In this document: positions 18,284 through 26,650 of the stretch, piece by piece
Numbering within the stretch: the first letter of the stretch is position 1
Layout of the letters: each line of letters opens with the position of its first letter
Sequence record: SRR22947725_1500
Direction: 5' to 3' (one strand)
Length of the DNA stretch: 42,233 nt
Made by a program: the position numbers and the translations under genes
Notes under the pieces: model-generated
Database searches by the model: none
Seen by the model: the letters and a program-made list of their open reading frames with translations, nothing else
What the model was told of the DNA's origin: nothing

Positions 18284-20448
18284 AATACATCTCCTGAACG
18301 ATGCTTCTGTATTCGAGTTCCAAATGCCTGAGAAACCCTATCAAATATTACAGCCAAGGCAACAATTGCCAAACCGTTAAGTAACCCCATTGATAAGAAT
18401 TGGTTTTGAACAGCTTGAAGTACAGGCAATCCAAGGCCGGCAACACCAATCATGGAGGCGATAACAACCATTGCAAGGGCCATCATAATTGTCTGGTTAA
18501 TCCCAGCAAATATATTAGGAAGCGCAAGTGGCATTTGCACCATAAATAATCGTTGCCTGTATGTAGCTCCGAATGCATCAGCAGCCTCCATTGCCTCTTT
18601 ATCAACTAATCGGATGCCTAAATTTGTCAACCTAACAATTGGTGGCATTGCGTATATACAGACCGCAATAAGTCCTGGAACCTTTCCAATTCCAAGCATC
18701 ATTACGACTGGAATTAGATACACGAAAGATGGTATAGTCTGCATTACATCTAAAACTGGGGTTATCCATGATTGCGCCCTGTCTGATCGAGACATCCATA
18801 TTCCAAGAGGAATGCCAAGCGCTAAACATAATATGGTTGCAGCAGAAATCATTGTAACCGTAGAGACCATTGGCTCCCACATATCAAGAAAACCAATAGC
18901 AAAAAAGGCAGCCATTACACCTATTGAAACTTTTATACTTCTTGAGCCTAGCCAAGCAAGCACACCGGCAACTAATAGGAAAATTGGCCAAGGGGTTGAA
19001 AGAAGTAACTTTTCAATAACAATCAAAAATGTTAAGAGTGGGTCAAAGAATGACTCAATATTATTTCCAAACTCTCTTGTGAAGTCTTTAAATGCTGCAT
19101 CAACACAGTTTCTAGAACTCATCATCACGTCACCAGGTATTGATATGACATTATTCACAAATATGCTGAAATCGGAGGTATTTACAGAATCAACAACTCG
19201 TGTATTGAGTGATGCAAAATATTGAACTTGAGAGGCAGGATCAACAGATCTCACTGCACTCATATTACTTTCAATATTGTTTGATAAACCTGAAATATTA
19301 GCCGCTAAAGCCTCTGGATCAGTAGACCTTATTGAGATGTATTGTCTGTCAAGTCGCTCTACTGTTTTATCAAAACTAGATACTGCCCTAACCTTAATAT
19401 CTCCATAATTGCCTGCATCATATCGTCCAGCAAGCTCTACCACCTTTGCACTGAGCTCATTAGCTTTGTTGGTAAGAGGAATAAGTACATTTTCAATGGT
19501 TGCTACATCGGTTCTTATTGCTGCTTCTTTGACGGCTCTTACTAAAGCCTCAGGGTCATTAACCAAGGGCATCAAATCAGAGACAATTTCATTGCTATCA
19601 GCCATTTCTTCAACTCTAGCATGTGTAGCGATGCTCAGAGTATCAAGGTTGAAGACCATATCACGAGCACCCGGATAATTCTTATAGATTGATGCAGATG
19701 CGTTGACTTGCTCTCTGATCTCAGAGAGTCGCTCCAAGTGTGACTGAACTGAAGAATTTGAGCTGAGATAGTCAATATTTGCTCTCAAAGAATTGATACC
19801 GTCATTAAGCAGAGAAATCTGAGAGCCCATCTCGCTCATAAATGCATCGCTAAACTGCTCTGCTTTATCTGAATAATTACTTGTAAGTTTCTGAATATTT
19901 TCAGTTAAAGTTAAGGATTCAGAACTATTACTTACATATCTAGCATTTTCTTCAATCCCTTTCAAGAGAGATTCTATTTGAGGAAATAGAGCAACTATAC
20001 CATCTGGGGATGAAGTCAAATCTATCTGATTATTTAATTCTGCTATTGAACTCTCATAACTATCAAGAAGTAAACTTTCATTAGAGCTATATAAGTCAGA
20101 AAGCTCTTGTGTTTTTGACTCAAGAGTTTGAGACAAGATTTGAACCTTCTCGAGGAGCTCAGCTGAGCTATTAACTTCAGTCAATGGGTTTGATTCATTA
20201 GAGAGCTCTTTTAATGTTTTGGCTTTGACTTCAGCTCTCTCAGCGAGCTTAGAAAAACTATCAGTTACCTTTACTAACTCAGAATAATCAGTTGCACTTT
20301 GAGCTTGAGCATTTAGGTCATCCGCTCTCTTAGTCATCGCCTGAATAAAATTCAAATCTTTATTGAGTATCCTTAGATCTGCAATTTCAGATGCAGGGGG
20401 TATGCACTCAATGATGCTTTGTTGAGGAAGTGGCCTAACTGCTGCCAT
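18280..20448 (-). CDS. proW: ProW-like ABC permease with an approximately 430-aa soluble N-terminal extension
   Basis: C-terminal ~280 aa has PVLDVMQTIPSFVYLIP, RLTNLGIR, EAADAFGA (EAA loop) and GINQTIMMALAMVVIASMIG; AAGGAG RBS precedes the ATG at 20448. Confidence 0.85.
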   Translation of the reverse strand: MAAVRPLPQQSIIECIPPASEIADLRILNKDLNFIQAMTKRADDLNAQAQSATDYSELVKVTDSFSKLAERAEVKAKTLKELSNESNPLTEVNSSAELLEKVQILSQTLESKTQELSDLYSSNESLLLDSYESSIAELNNQIDLTSSPDGIVALFPQIESLLKGIEENARYVSNSSESLTLTENIQKLTSNYSDKAEQFSDAFMSEMGSQISLLNDGINSLRANIDYLSSNSSVQSHLERLSEIREQVNASASIYKNYPGARDMVFNLDTLSIATHARVEEMADSNEIVSDLMPLVNDPEALVRAVKEAAIRTDVATIENVLIPLTNKANELSAKVVELAGRYDAGNYGDIKVRAVSSFDKTVERLDRQYISIRSTDPEALAANISGLSNNIESNMSAVRSVDPASQVQYFASLNTRVVDSVNTSDFSIFVNNVISIPGDVMMSSRNCVDAAFKDFTREFGNNIESFFDPLLTFLIVIEKLLLSTPWPIFLLVAGVLAWLGSRSIKVSIGVMAAFFAIGFLDMWEPMVSTVTMISAATILCLALGIPLGIWMSRSDRAQSWITPVLDVMQTIPSFVYLIPVVMMLGIGKVPGLIAVCIYAMPPIVRLTNLGIRLVDKEAMEAADAFGATYRQRLFMVQMPLALPNIFAGINQTIMMALAMVVIASMIGVAGLGLPVLQAVQNQFLSMGLLNGLAIVALAVIFDRVSQAFGTRIQKHRSGDVL

Positions 20449-20543
20449 AATAAGCTCCTTTAATTTTTTATATTTATTCTAACACTTTCAATTTAAAAGT
20501 TATCAGCAGTTCATCTACTAACTTTTAAATTAATTTAAATAAT

Positions 20544-20585
20544 AAAAAAAATTGCCCGTATTTATCTAAACTACGGACAATTTTT
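20544..20585 (-). terminator. Intrinsic terminator downstream of the substrate-binding protein gene
   Basis: Minus strand TTGTCCGTA-loop-TACGGGCAA (one G-U pair) followed by T8. Confidence 0.75.
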
Positions 20586-20624
20586 CTATTTTATATAGTA
20601 AGTATTAACTTACTGATCTTTCAT

Positions 20625-21635
20625 TTATAGTGAAGCTTCTACAGCAGCAGCAACATCCGTGCTAACCCATGGCTTCCAAACATCTCCATGAGAAGACAAG
20701 AATTCAACAGAAGCGTCCGCTCCAGTTCCACCTGTATCTTCCATCCAAACTAGCATTTCGTTCATGACAGTACCTGGCCATGTTCGAGCCTCAAAATATT
20801 TCATTGCATCAGAAGGACCATTGTAAAACATGTTGTCACTTAATAGAGTGTTAACACGTGAGTTAATCCAAGCTGAAGGCTCTGGATCTGAACAGTTATC
20901 GCCACCAAGCGCGATACATCCAACCCAATTATCATCACCTGCATAAGGCACACCGAAGTCAACAGCTCTCAGGTCATACTTTCCAACTAGAGAAGTTGGG
21001 TTCCAGTAGTAACCAAACCAGTTCTCACCTTGCTCAGATGCTTTAGCAATAGATCCATCAAGACCAGCAGCTGATCCAGGATCAATTAGGTTCCAGCCCA
21101 AAGCTTCCATATCAAATGCTTTGTAAAGGCTTTGATTTGACAATTGACAACCCCAACCAGCAGGGCAGCCATGGAAGGCGCCTCTTGAAGGATCTTCTTT
21201 GTCTGGGAATAAGTCAGGACGTGCAAGAATTGCTTGTGCAGTTGTTAATTCTGGGTGAGCATCAAGCGTGTGAGGAAGAACCCACCAGCCTTCTCCAAGT
21301 CCACTCATTGGTGCAATATTACCAATATGTAAACGTCCAGCACCAACAGCACTATCAACTAGATCTGCCATCGCATTCGCCCAAATCTCTGGAGCAACAT
21401 CAGGTTGTCCAGTTTCATTCATTGAAGTGAATGTAGGCATAGTTGATCCAGCAACTAGCTCTACTTCACAGCCCATTGCTTCTAACATTGCTTTATCAAC
21501 ATTTGCCATCAATGAAGCTGAAGCCCAGTTCATATCAGCAATTGTAATTTTTCCACATGCAGCGTTTGCTGAAGTGCTGAGCATAAAAGCTGCAGCAATT
21601 GCACCAAAAGCTTTAGTAGTGAATTTAATATTCAT
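20625..21635 (-). CDS. proX: Quaternary-amine/osmolyte ABC substrate-binding protein (ProX/HisX-like)
   Basis: Signal peptide ending ANA; CGKITIADMNWASA, PDVAPEIW, GCPAGWGCQ and WFGYYWNPT; upstream of proW/proV-like genes; exact substrate unknown. Confidence 0.85.
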   Translation of the reverse strand: MNIKFTTKAFGAIAAAFMLSTSANAACGKITIADMNWASASLMANVDKAMLEAMGCEVELVAGSTMPTFTSMNETGQPDVAPEIWANAMADLVDSAVGAGRLHIGNIAPMSGLGEGWWVLPHTLDAHPELTTAQAILARPDLFPDKEDPSRGAFHGCPAGWGCQLSNQSLYKAFDMEALGWNLIDPGSAAGLDGSIAKASEQGENWFGYYWNPTSLVGKYDLRAVDFGVPYAGDDNWVGCIALGGDNCSDPEPSAWINSRVNTLLSDNMFYNGPSDAMKYFEARTWPGTVMNEMLVWMEDTGGTGADASVEFLSSHGDVWKPWVSTDVAAAVEASL

Positions 21636-21695
21636 ATATCTTTCTCCTAAAGAATTATTATGATTTCAGAGTGAAAAATTTCATACTCTGCAATG

Positions 21696-21704
21696 ATTAT
21701 AGCA
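21696..21704 (-). promoter_or_regulatory. Extended -10 promoter of the proX-W-V-like operon
   Basis: Minus strand TGCTATAAT (TGn-TATAAT) about 60 nt upstream of the start; AGGAGA RBS nearer the ATG. Confidence 0.6.
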
Positions 21705-21752
21705 ATAGATAAAAAAATATTTTAGTTTTTTTTTAAAAAAAAATAAAAATTT

Positions 21753-21777
21753 TTATGACTAAATTATGACTAAATTA
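21753..21777 (-). repeat. 11-bp tandem direct repeat, Pho-box/OmpR-family-like
   Basis: TTATGACTAAA x2 plus TTA on the plus strand; minus strand TAGTCAT-AATT-TAGTCAT. Confidence 0.55.
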
Positions 21778-21858
21778 CAAGGGTTTACAAGTATAAACAT
21801 CAATTTCAAAAAAACAATAGTTTAAATTGAACTCGTAAATTAATAATTAAATATTAAG

Positions 21859-24450
21859 CTACTCTTTAGAAGTAACCTCAACCTCATCAGCGCCCTCTTC
21901 ATCATCGTCAGTTTCTGCTATTTTAGCTACTGAAACGAGTGCCTCATCATCAGCAATATTAATTAAAGTAACGCCTTGAGTATTTCGTCCAATAATAGAG
22001 ACATCAGCTGCGCGTGCCCTGACTAAAGTACCTTTATCTGAGATTAGCATCATTTCATCTTCATCGGTGACTTGAATTGCGCCTACTACTTGTCCATTTC
22101 TATCCGATGTTTTAATTGAAATAACTCCTGATCCACCTCTTGCCTGTGCACGATATTCATCAAGTTGCGTTCTCTTACCATAACCCTTTTCAGTAGCAGT
22201 AAGAATTGGATCATCAGACTCAGCAACAATAAGTGATACCACTCTATCCTTGTCAGCTAATCTTATTCCTCTAACACCAATAGCAGTTCTTCCAACCGAG
22301 CGAACATCCGACTCCTTAAAGCGAATTGATTTACCTGCTGATGAGAATAATAGAATATCATGCTCTCCAGCAGTAATTTCAACACCAACCAATTTATCTT
22401 CATCTCTTAATTCAATTGCAATGATTCCGCCTTTCCTAGGTCTTGAAAAGTTTTGAAGAGAAGTTTTCTTACAGGTTCCTGAACTCGTAACCATGAACAC
22501 AAACTGATCATCAGTAAACTCCTTGACTGGCAGAATTGCATTGATTGATTCGTCTTTTTCTAATGGCAATAAATTGATAATTGGCTTTCCTCTTGATATT
22601 CTAGAAGCCATAGGTAATTCGTAAACTTTGAGCCAATGAACCTTACCAGTTGACGAGAAACAGAGGACAGTATCATGAGAATTAGCAACAAATAATTGAT
22701 CGACAAAATCTTCATCCTTCATCTTAGTAGCTGCCTTACCTTTGCCACCTCTTCTTTGTGCATGGTAATCGCTGAGTGATTGAGCTTTTACATAACCACC
22801 GTGAGAAAGAGTTACCACCCTGTCCTCTTGAGCAATAAGATCTTCAAGTGTTAGATCAATCTTGTTCTCTATGATCTCGGTCATTCTAGCATTACCATAA
22901 TTATCACGAATTTCTATAATTTCATCTCGAATGACTTGCATCAAGAGGTCTGGCGTTTGAAGAATATCTAATAAGTTTTTGATTTGCTCTAATAACTCAT
23001 TAAATTCATTGAAAATTTTGTCTTTTTCAAGACCTGTTAATCTGTGAAGTTTTAAATCAAGAATAGCCTGTGCTTGCTTCTCTGATAGCTGGTAATCCCC
23101 ATTTTTTTGAAGACCTAATGCAGAATCAAGATCTTGAGGCTTAAACTGTGCCATATCTCTATCACCAATAAGCTCTTGAATGACAGAACCTTGCCAAGTT
23201 CTGGCAACCAAACCTTCTTTTGCCTCTCCTGGATTTGGTGCAGCTTTTATCAGTTCAATAATTTCATCAATATTAAAAAGTGCAACCGACAAACCTTCTA
23301 ATAGATGCGCTCTATCTTTGGCTTTGTTTAGTTCAAAAATTGAGCGCCTGGTAACTACCTCTCTTCGATGCGCTATAAAAGCATTAAGAATTGATTTGAG
23401 GTTCATTAGTTTTGGCATACCATGATCGATTGCAACCATGTTGATACCAAAAACAGTTTGCATTTCTGTGAGCTTATAGAGGTTATTGAGCATGATCTCT
23501 GGAACTTCACCCCGACGAAGCTCTATAACCATTCTCATTCCATCTTTGTCAGATTCATCCCTAAGCCCAGTAATTCCATCTATCTTCTTATCTTTGACGA
23601 GTTCTGCGATTTTGCCAATAAGCCTTGCTTTGTTGACCTGATATGGCAGTTCAGTCACGACAATACTTAATTTGTCCTCACCCTCAACATGTGACCTTGA
23701 ACGTAAGTAAATCTTTCCTTTACCAGTCTCATAGGCTTCACGTATACCACTTGCACCATTAATGATGCCAGCAGTCGGAAAATCTGGGCCTGGAAGAACT
23801 TCTAGCAATTCATCAACAGTAATCTGATCGTTATCAATAACTCTGAGGCAGGCTTCTGTAATTTCTGTTAAGTTATGAGTAGGAATATTTGTGGCCATAC
23901 CAACAGCAATACCTGAAGAGCCGTTAATTAACAGATTTGGAACACGAGTTGGTAGAACTCCAGGTTCACTTTCAGATCCATCATAATTATCAATAAAATC
24001 TACAGTCTCTTTATCTAAGTCACGAAGAAGCTCGTGTGAGAGCTTAGTCATTCTTATCTCAGTATATCTCATTGCAGCAGCACGATCACCATCTACTGAA
24101 CCGAAGTTACCTTGGCCGTCAACCAATATATTTCTCATTGCAAATGGCTGAGCCATCCTTACAATCGTATCGTAAACTGCAGTGTCTCCATGAGGATGGT
24201 ATTTACCAATGACATCACCCACGATTCGAGCGGATTTTTTATAAGATTTATTGTAATCATTCCCAAGAACATCCATAGCATACAAAACACGCCTATGAAC
24301 TGGTTTCAATCCATCTCTAACATCTGGGAGAGCTCTTCCAACAATAACACTCATTGCATACTCTAGATAAGAGTCACGCATTTCATCTTCTATAGATATA
24401 ATCGGGAATTTTTGCTCAAGAATTTCTTTAGAATCGATATCGTCAGACAT
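21859..24450 (-). CDS. gyrA: DNA gyrase subunit A
   Basis: [31 protein letters not shown], GyrA box QRRGGKG, beta-pinwheel repeats and acidic tail. Confidence 0.98.
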   Translation of the reverse strand: MSDDIDSKEILEQKFPIISIEDEMRDSYLEYAMSVIVGRALPDVRDGLKPVHRRVLYAMDVLGNDYNKSYKKSARIVGDVIGKYHPHGDTAVYDTIVRMAQPFAMRNILVDGQGNFGSVDGDRAAAMRYTEIRMTKLSHELLRDLDKETVDFIDNYDGSESEPGVLPTRVPNLLINGSSGIAVGMATNIPTHNLTEITEACLRVIDNDQITVDELLEVLPGPDFPTAGIINGASGIREAYETGKGKIYLRSRSHVEGEDKLSIVVTELPYQVNKARLIGKIAELVKDKKIDGITGLRDESDKDGMRMVIELRRGEVPEIMLNNLYKLTEMQTVFGINMVAIDHGMPKLMNLKSILNAFIAHRREVVTRRSIFELNKAKDRAHLLEGLSVALFNIDEIIELIKAAPNPGEAKEGLVARTWQGSVIQELIGDRDMAQFKPQDLDSALGLQKNGDYQLSEKQAQAILDLKLHRLTGLEKDKIFNEFNELLEQIKNLLDILQTPDLLMQVIRDEIIEIRDNYGNARMTEIIENKIDLTLEDLIAQEDRVVTLSHGGYVKAQSLSDYHAQRRGGKGKAATKMKDEDFVDQLFVANSHDTVLCFSSTGKVHWLKVYELPMASRISRGKPIINLLPLEKDESINAILPVKEFTDDQFVFMVTSSGTCKKTSLQNFSRPRKGGIIAIELRDEDKLVGVEITAGEHDILLFSSAGKSIRFKESDVRSVGRTAIGVRGIRLADKDRVVSLIVAESDDPILTATEKGYGKRTQLDEYRAQARGGSGVISIKTSDRNGQVVGAIQVTDEDEMMLISDKGTLVRARAADVSIIGRNTQGVTLINIADDEALVSVAKIAETDDDEEGADEVEVTSKE

Positions 24451-24554
24451 AGAATAAACCTATATAAATAAGTAGATTTTATTGTACCCTAGATGACGTA
24501 AAAACACACCAATAAATTGGCTATTTTTAATGGAAAAAAATGATTAAAAAAAGC

Positions 24555-25613
24555 CTAAGAGTTACGGTTATTTACAGATTTTGCAAGATCTCTTAAAAGG
24601 TTTTCAGTATCAGCCCAGCCAATACAGCTATCAGTAATACTAACGCCATATTCTAGAGAGGATAGAGGTCCAACTTTTTGATTTCCCTCATTAATATGAG
24701 ATTCAATCATAACTCCAAAGACAGATTCAGAGCCACTCTCAATTTGAGAGGCGATATTTGCACCCACCTTTAATTGGTTTTTAAACTGCTTTTCAGAGTT
24801 AGCATGAGAGAAATCAACCATTACTTTAGAAACTAGACCCTTACTTTTAAGTTTTTCACAGGTACTTTCAACATGTTCTTCTGAATAATTTGGCCCATCT
24901 TTTCCTCCTCTTAAGATAATATGAGCAGTATCATTACCAAGCGATGTAAAGTGACTTATGCCGCCGTCTTTATTGACTGATAAAAGGTGGTGAGGACTGT
25001 TGGCCGACTGGATCGCATCGATTGCAATATTAAGAGAGCCTCCAGTGCCATTTTTAAAGCCCACAGGGCAAGACAAAGCTGAGGCAAGCTCTCTATGAGA
25101 TTGACTTTCAGTAGTCCTAGCACCAATTGCACCCCAAGAGATCAAATCTGAAAGATATTGAGGCGTTAATACATCTAGATACTCTACGCCAACTGGCATA
25201 TTAATTTCACCTAAATCCACAAGTAATTTTCTGGCAGTCTCAAGACCTTTGTCAATATCAAAACTTTCATCAAGATAGGGGTCATTAATCAAACCTTTCC
25301 AGCCAACTGTTGTTCTAGGTTTTTCAAAATAAACACGCATTACGATAAATAAATCTTCAGACAACTCATCTTTTAACTTTGAAAGATTTTGAGCATACTC
25401 CATTGCAGCCTTGGTATCGTGAATTGAACACGGTCCAACCAGTACCATAAGACGATTATCATTACCGTAAAGGACATTTTTAATCGTGTTTCTTGCGTTT
25501 ACAACACCTGATGCTGCTTTTTCAGACAATGGAAGCTTCTCAATAAGAGCATTGGGAGACACCATAGGCGCACTTGAAATAATTCTTACATTATCTGTGT
25601 TATGAAGCATCAC
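24555..25613 (-). CDS. aroG: 3-deoxy-7-phosphoheptulonate (DAHP) synthase, class I (AroG/F/H type)
   Basis: GPCSIHD, MRVYFEKPRTTVGWKG, IGARTTESQ, DFSHANS and SITDSC; start GTG 25613 or ATG 25610; isozyme identity uncertain. Confidence 0.9.
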   Translation of the reverse strand: MMLHNTDNVRIISSAPMVSPNALIEKLPLSEKAASGVVNARNTIKNVLYGNDNRLMVLVGPCSIHDTKAAMEYAQNLSKLKDELSEDLFIVMRVYFEKPRTTVGWKGLINDPYLDESFDIDKGLETARKLLVDLGEINMPVGVEYLDVLTPQYLSDLISWGAIGARTTESQSHRELASALSCPVGFKNGTGGSLNIAIDAIQSANSPHHLLSVNKDGGISHFTSLGNDTAHIILRGGKDGPNYSEEHVESTCEKLKSKGLVSKVMVDFSHANSEKQFKNQLKVGANIASQIESGSESVFGVMIESHINEGNQKVGPLSSLEYGVSITDSCIGWADTENLLRDLAKSVNNRNS

Positions 25614-26405
25614 TTATTTCTGGTTTGTTATTAATGCGTATGCTGAATGATTATGAATGGATTCAAAATTTTCAGACTCTAGAGAATAAGAGTTAACTTT
25701 CTTATTAGCATTTAATTCAACAGCAATATCTCTTACTATATCTTCAACAAAAGCTGGATTTTCATATGCTCTTTCAGTAACAACTTTCTCATCATCACGC
25801 TTTAAAATAGCATAGAGTTCGCTAGAAGCTTTCTGCTCCGCTAGATCAATTAAATCCTCTAAATAAATAGCTTCACCCTCAGAAGCTTTTGCTTCAATCG
25901 TAATATGAGATCTTTGGTTATGTGCTCCGTATTTGGAAATGCTCTTAGAACAAGGACACAAGCTGGTCACAGGAACTACAACTTTAATTGAAAGATCTGT
26001 CTTACCGTTAATAACGTTTCCAGTTAATGTTGCCTGATAATCCAAAAAACTTTGGACACCAGAAGATGGTGCTTTTTTGTTTCGAAAAAAAGGAAAATCA
26101 ACAATGACCTGGGCATTATTTGACTCAAGTTTATCTGCCACTTTTTGAACAAGAACCATAAAGCTTTTAACACTGAAACTACAATCTCCATCATTTAAGA
26201 TTTCAATAAAACGTGACATATGTGTTCCCTTTACATTTGCCGGAAGCTCAACTGTCATAGTAAAATTTGCAACAGAAGGATTAGATTCATTATCTCGATT
26301 TACAAAATTAATTGGATGCAAAATATCCTTAATTCCAACTTGATTAATAATAATATTTCGGATATCTTTTGTATTTTGAGTGTCAGGTAGCAAAGTATTT
26401 TTCAT
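25614..26405 (-). CDS. folE2: GTP cyclohydrolase IB (FolE2)
   Basis: KGTHMSRF, TSLCPCSK, GAHNQRS, FVED and ESIHNHSAYA. Confidence 0.95.
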   Translation of the reverse strand: MKNTLLPDTQNTKDIRNIIINQVGIKDILHPINFVNRDNESNPSVANFTMTVELPANVKGTHMSRFIEILNDGDCSFSVKSFMVLVQKVADKLESNNAQVIVDFPFFRNKKAPSSGVQSFLDYQATLTGNVINGKTDLSIKVVVPVTSLCPCSKSISKYGAHNQRSHITIEAKASEGEAIYLEDLIDLAEQKASSELYAILKRDDEKVVTERAYENPAFVEDIVRDIAVELNANKKVNSYSLESENFESIHNHSAYALITNQK

Positions 26406-26650
26406 AATTTAATAAATTGAATATAAATTAGTTTTAAAGGTTTCTAACATGAACATTAGAACAGAAAAATTTTCCAGAAAAAGACCTTAAATATTAGAAG
26501 GAACAATATCTGAGACAATTTTTAGTTCGAACATTTTCGGAAAAATTGAAAAAAAACCGAATTATACCTGCATAAATCTTACTATACCACCTACAATTAT
26601 TGTGAGAATTAGCTTAATAAAAGAAGAATGCTAATTTGATTTTATTAAAG

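Noticed and set aside
18452-19225. 257-aa plus-strand ORF
   Set aside because: Antisense shadow of the hydrophobic permease core; no recognisable motifs.
20625-21635. Calling the binding protein TmoX or DmpX
   Set aside because: Cannot be established without alignment; it does not match my recollection of TmoX motifs.
21710-21755. Long A/T homopolymers as a phase-variation tract or replication origin
   Set aside because: No DnaA boxes seen; more simply an UP-element-like AT-rich promoter region.
24170-24215. GyrA QRDR has Thr (HGDTAVYD) at the E. coli Ser83-equivalent position
   Set aside because: Thr is wild type in many gammaproteobacteria such as Pseudomonas, and ParC retains Ser; not evidence of acquired resistance.
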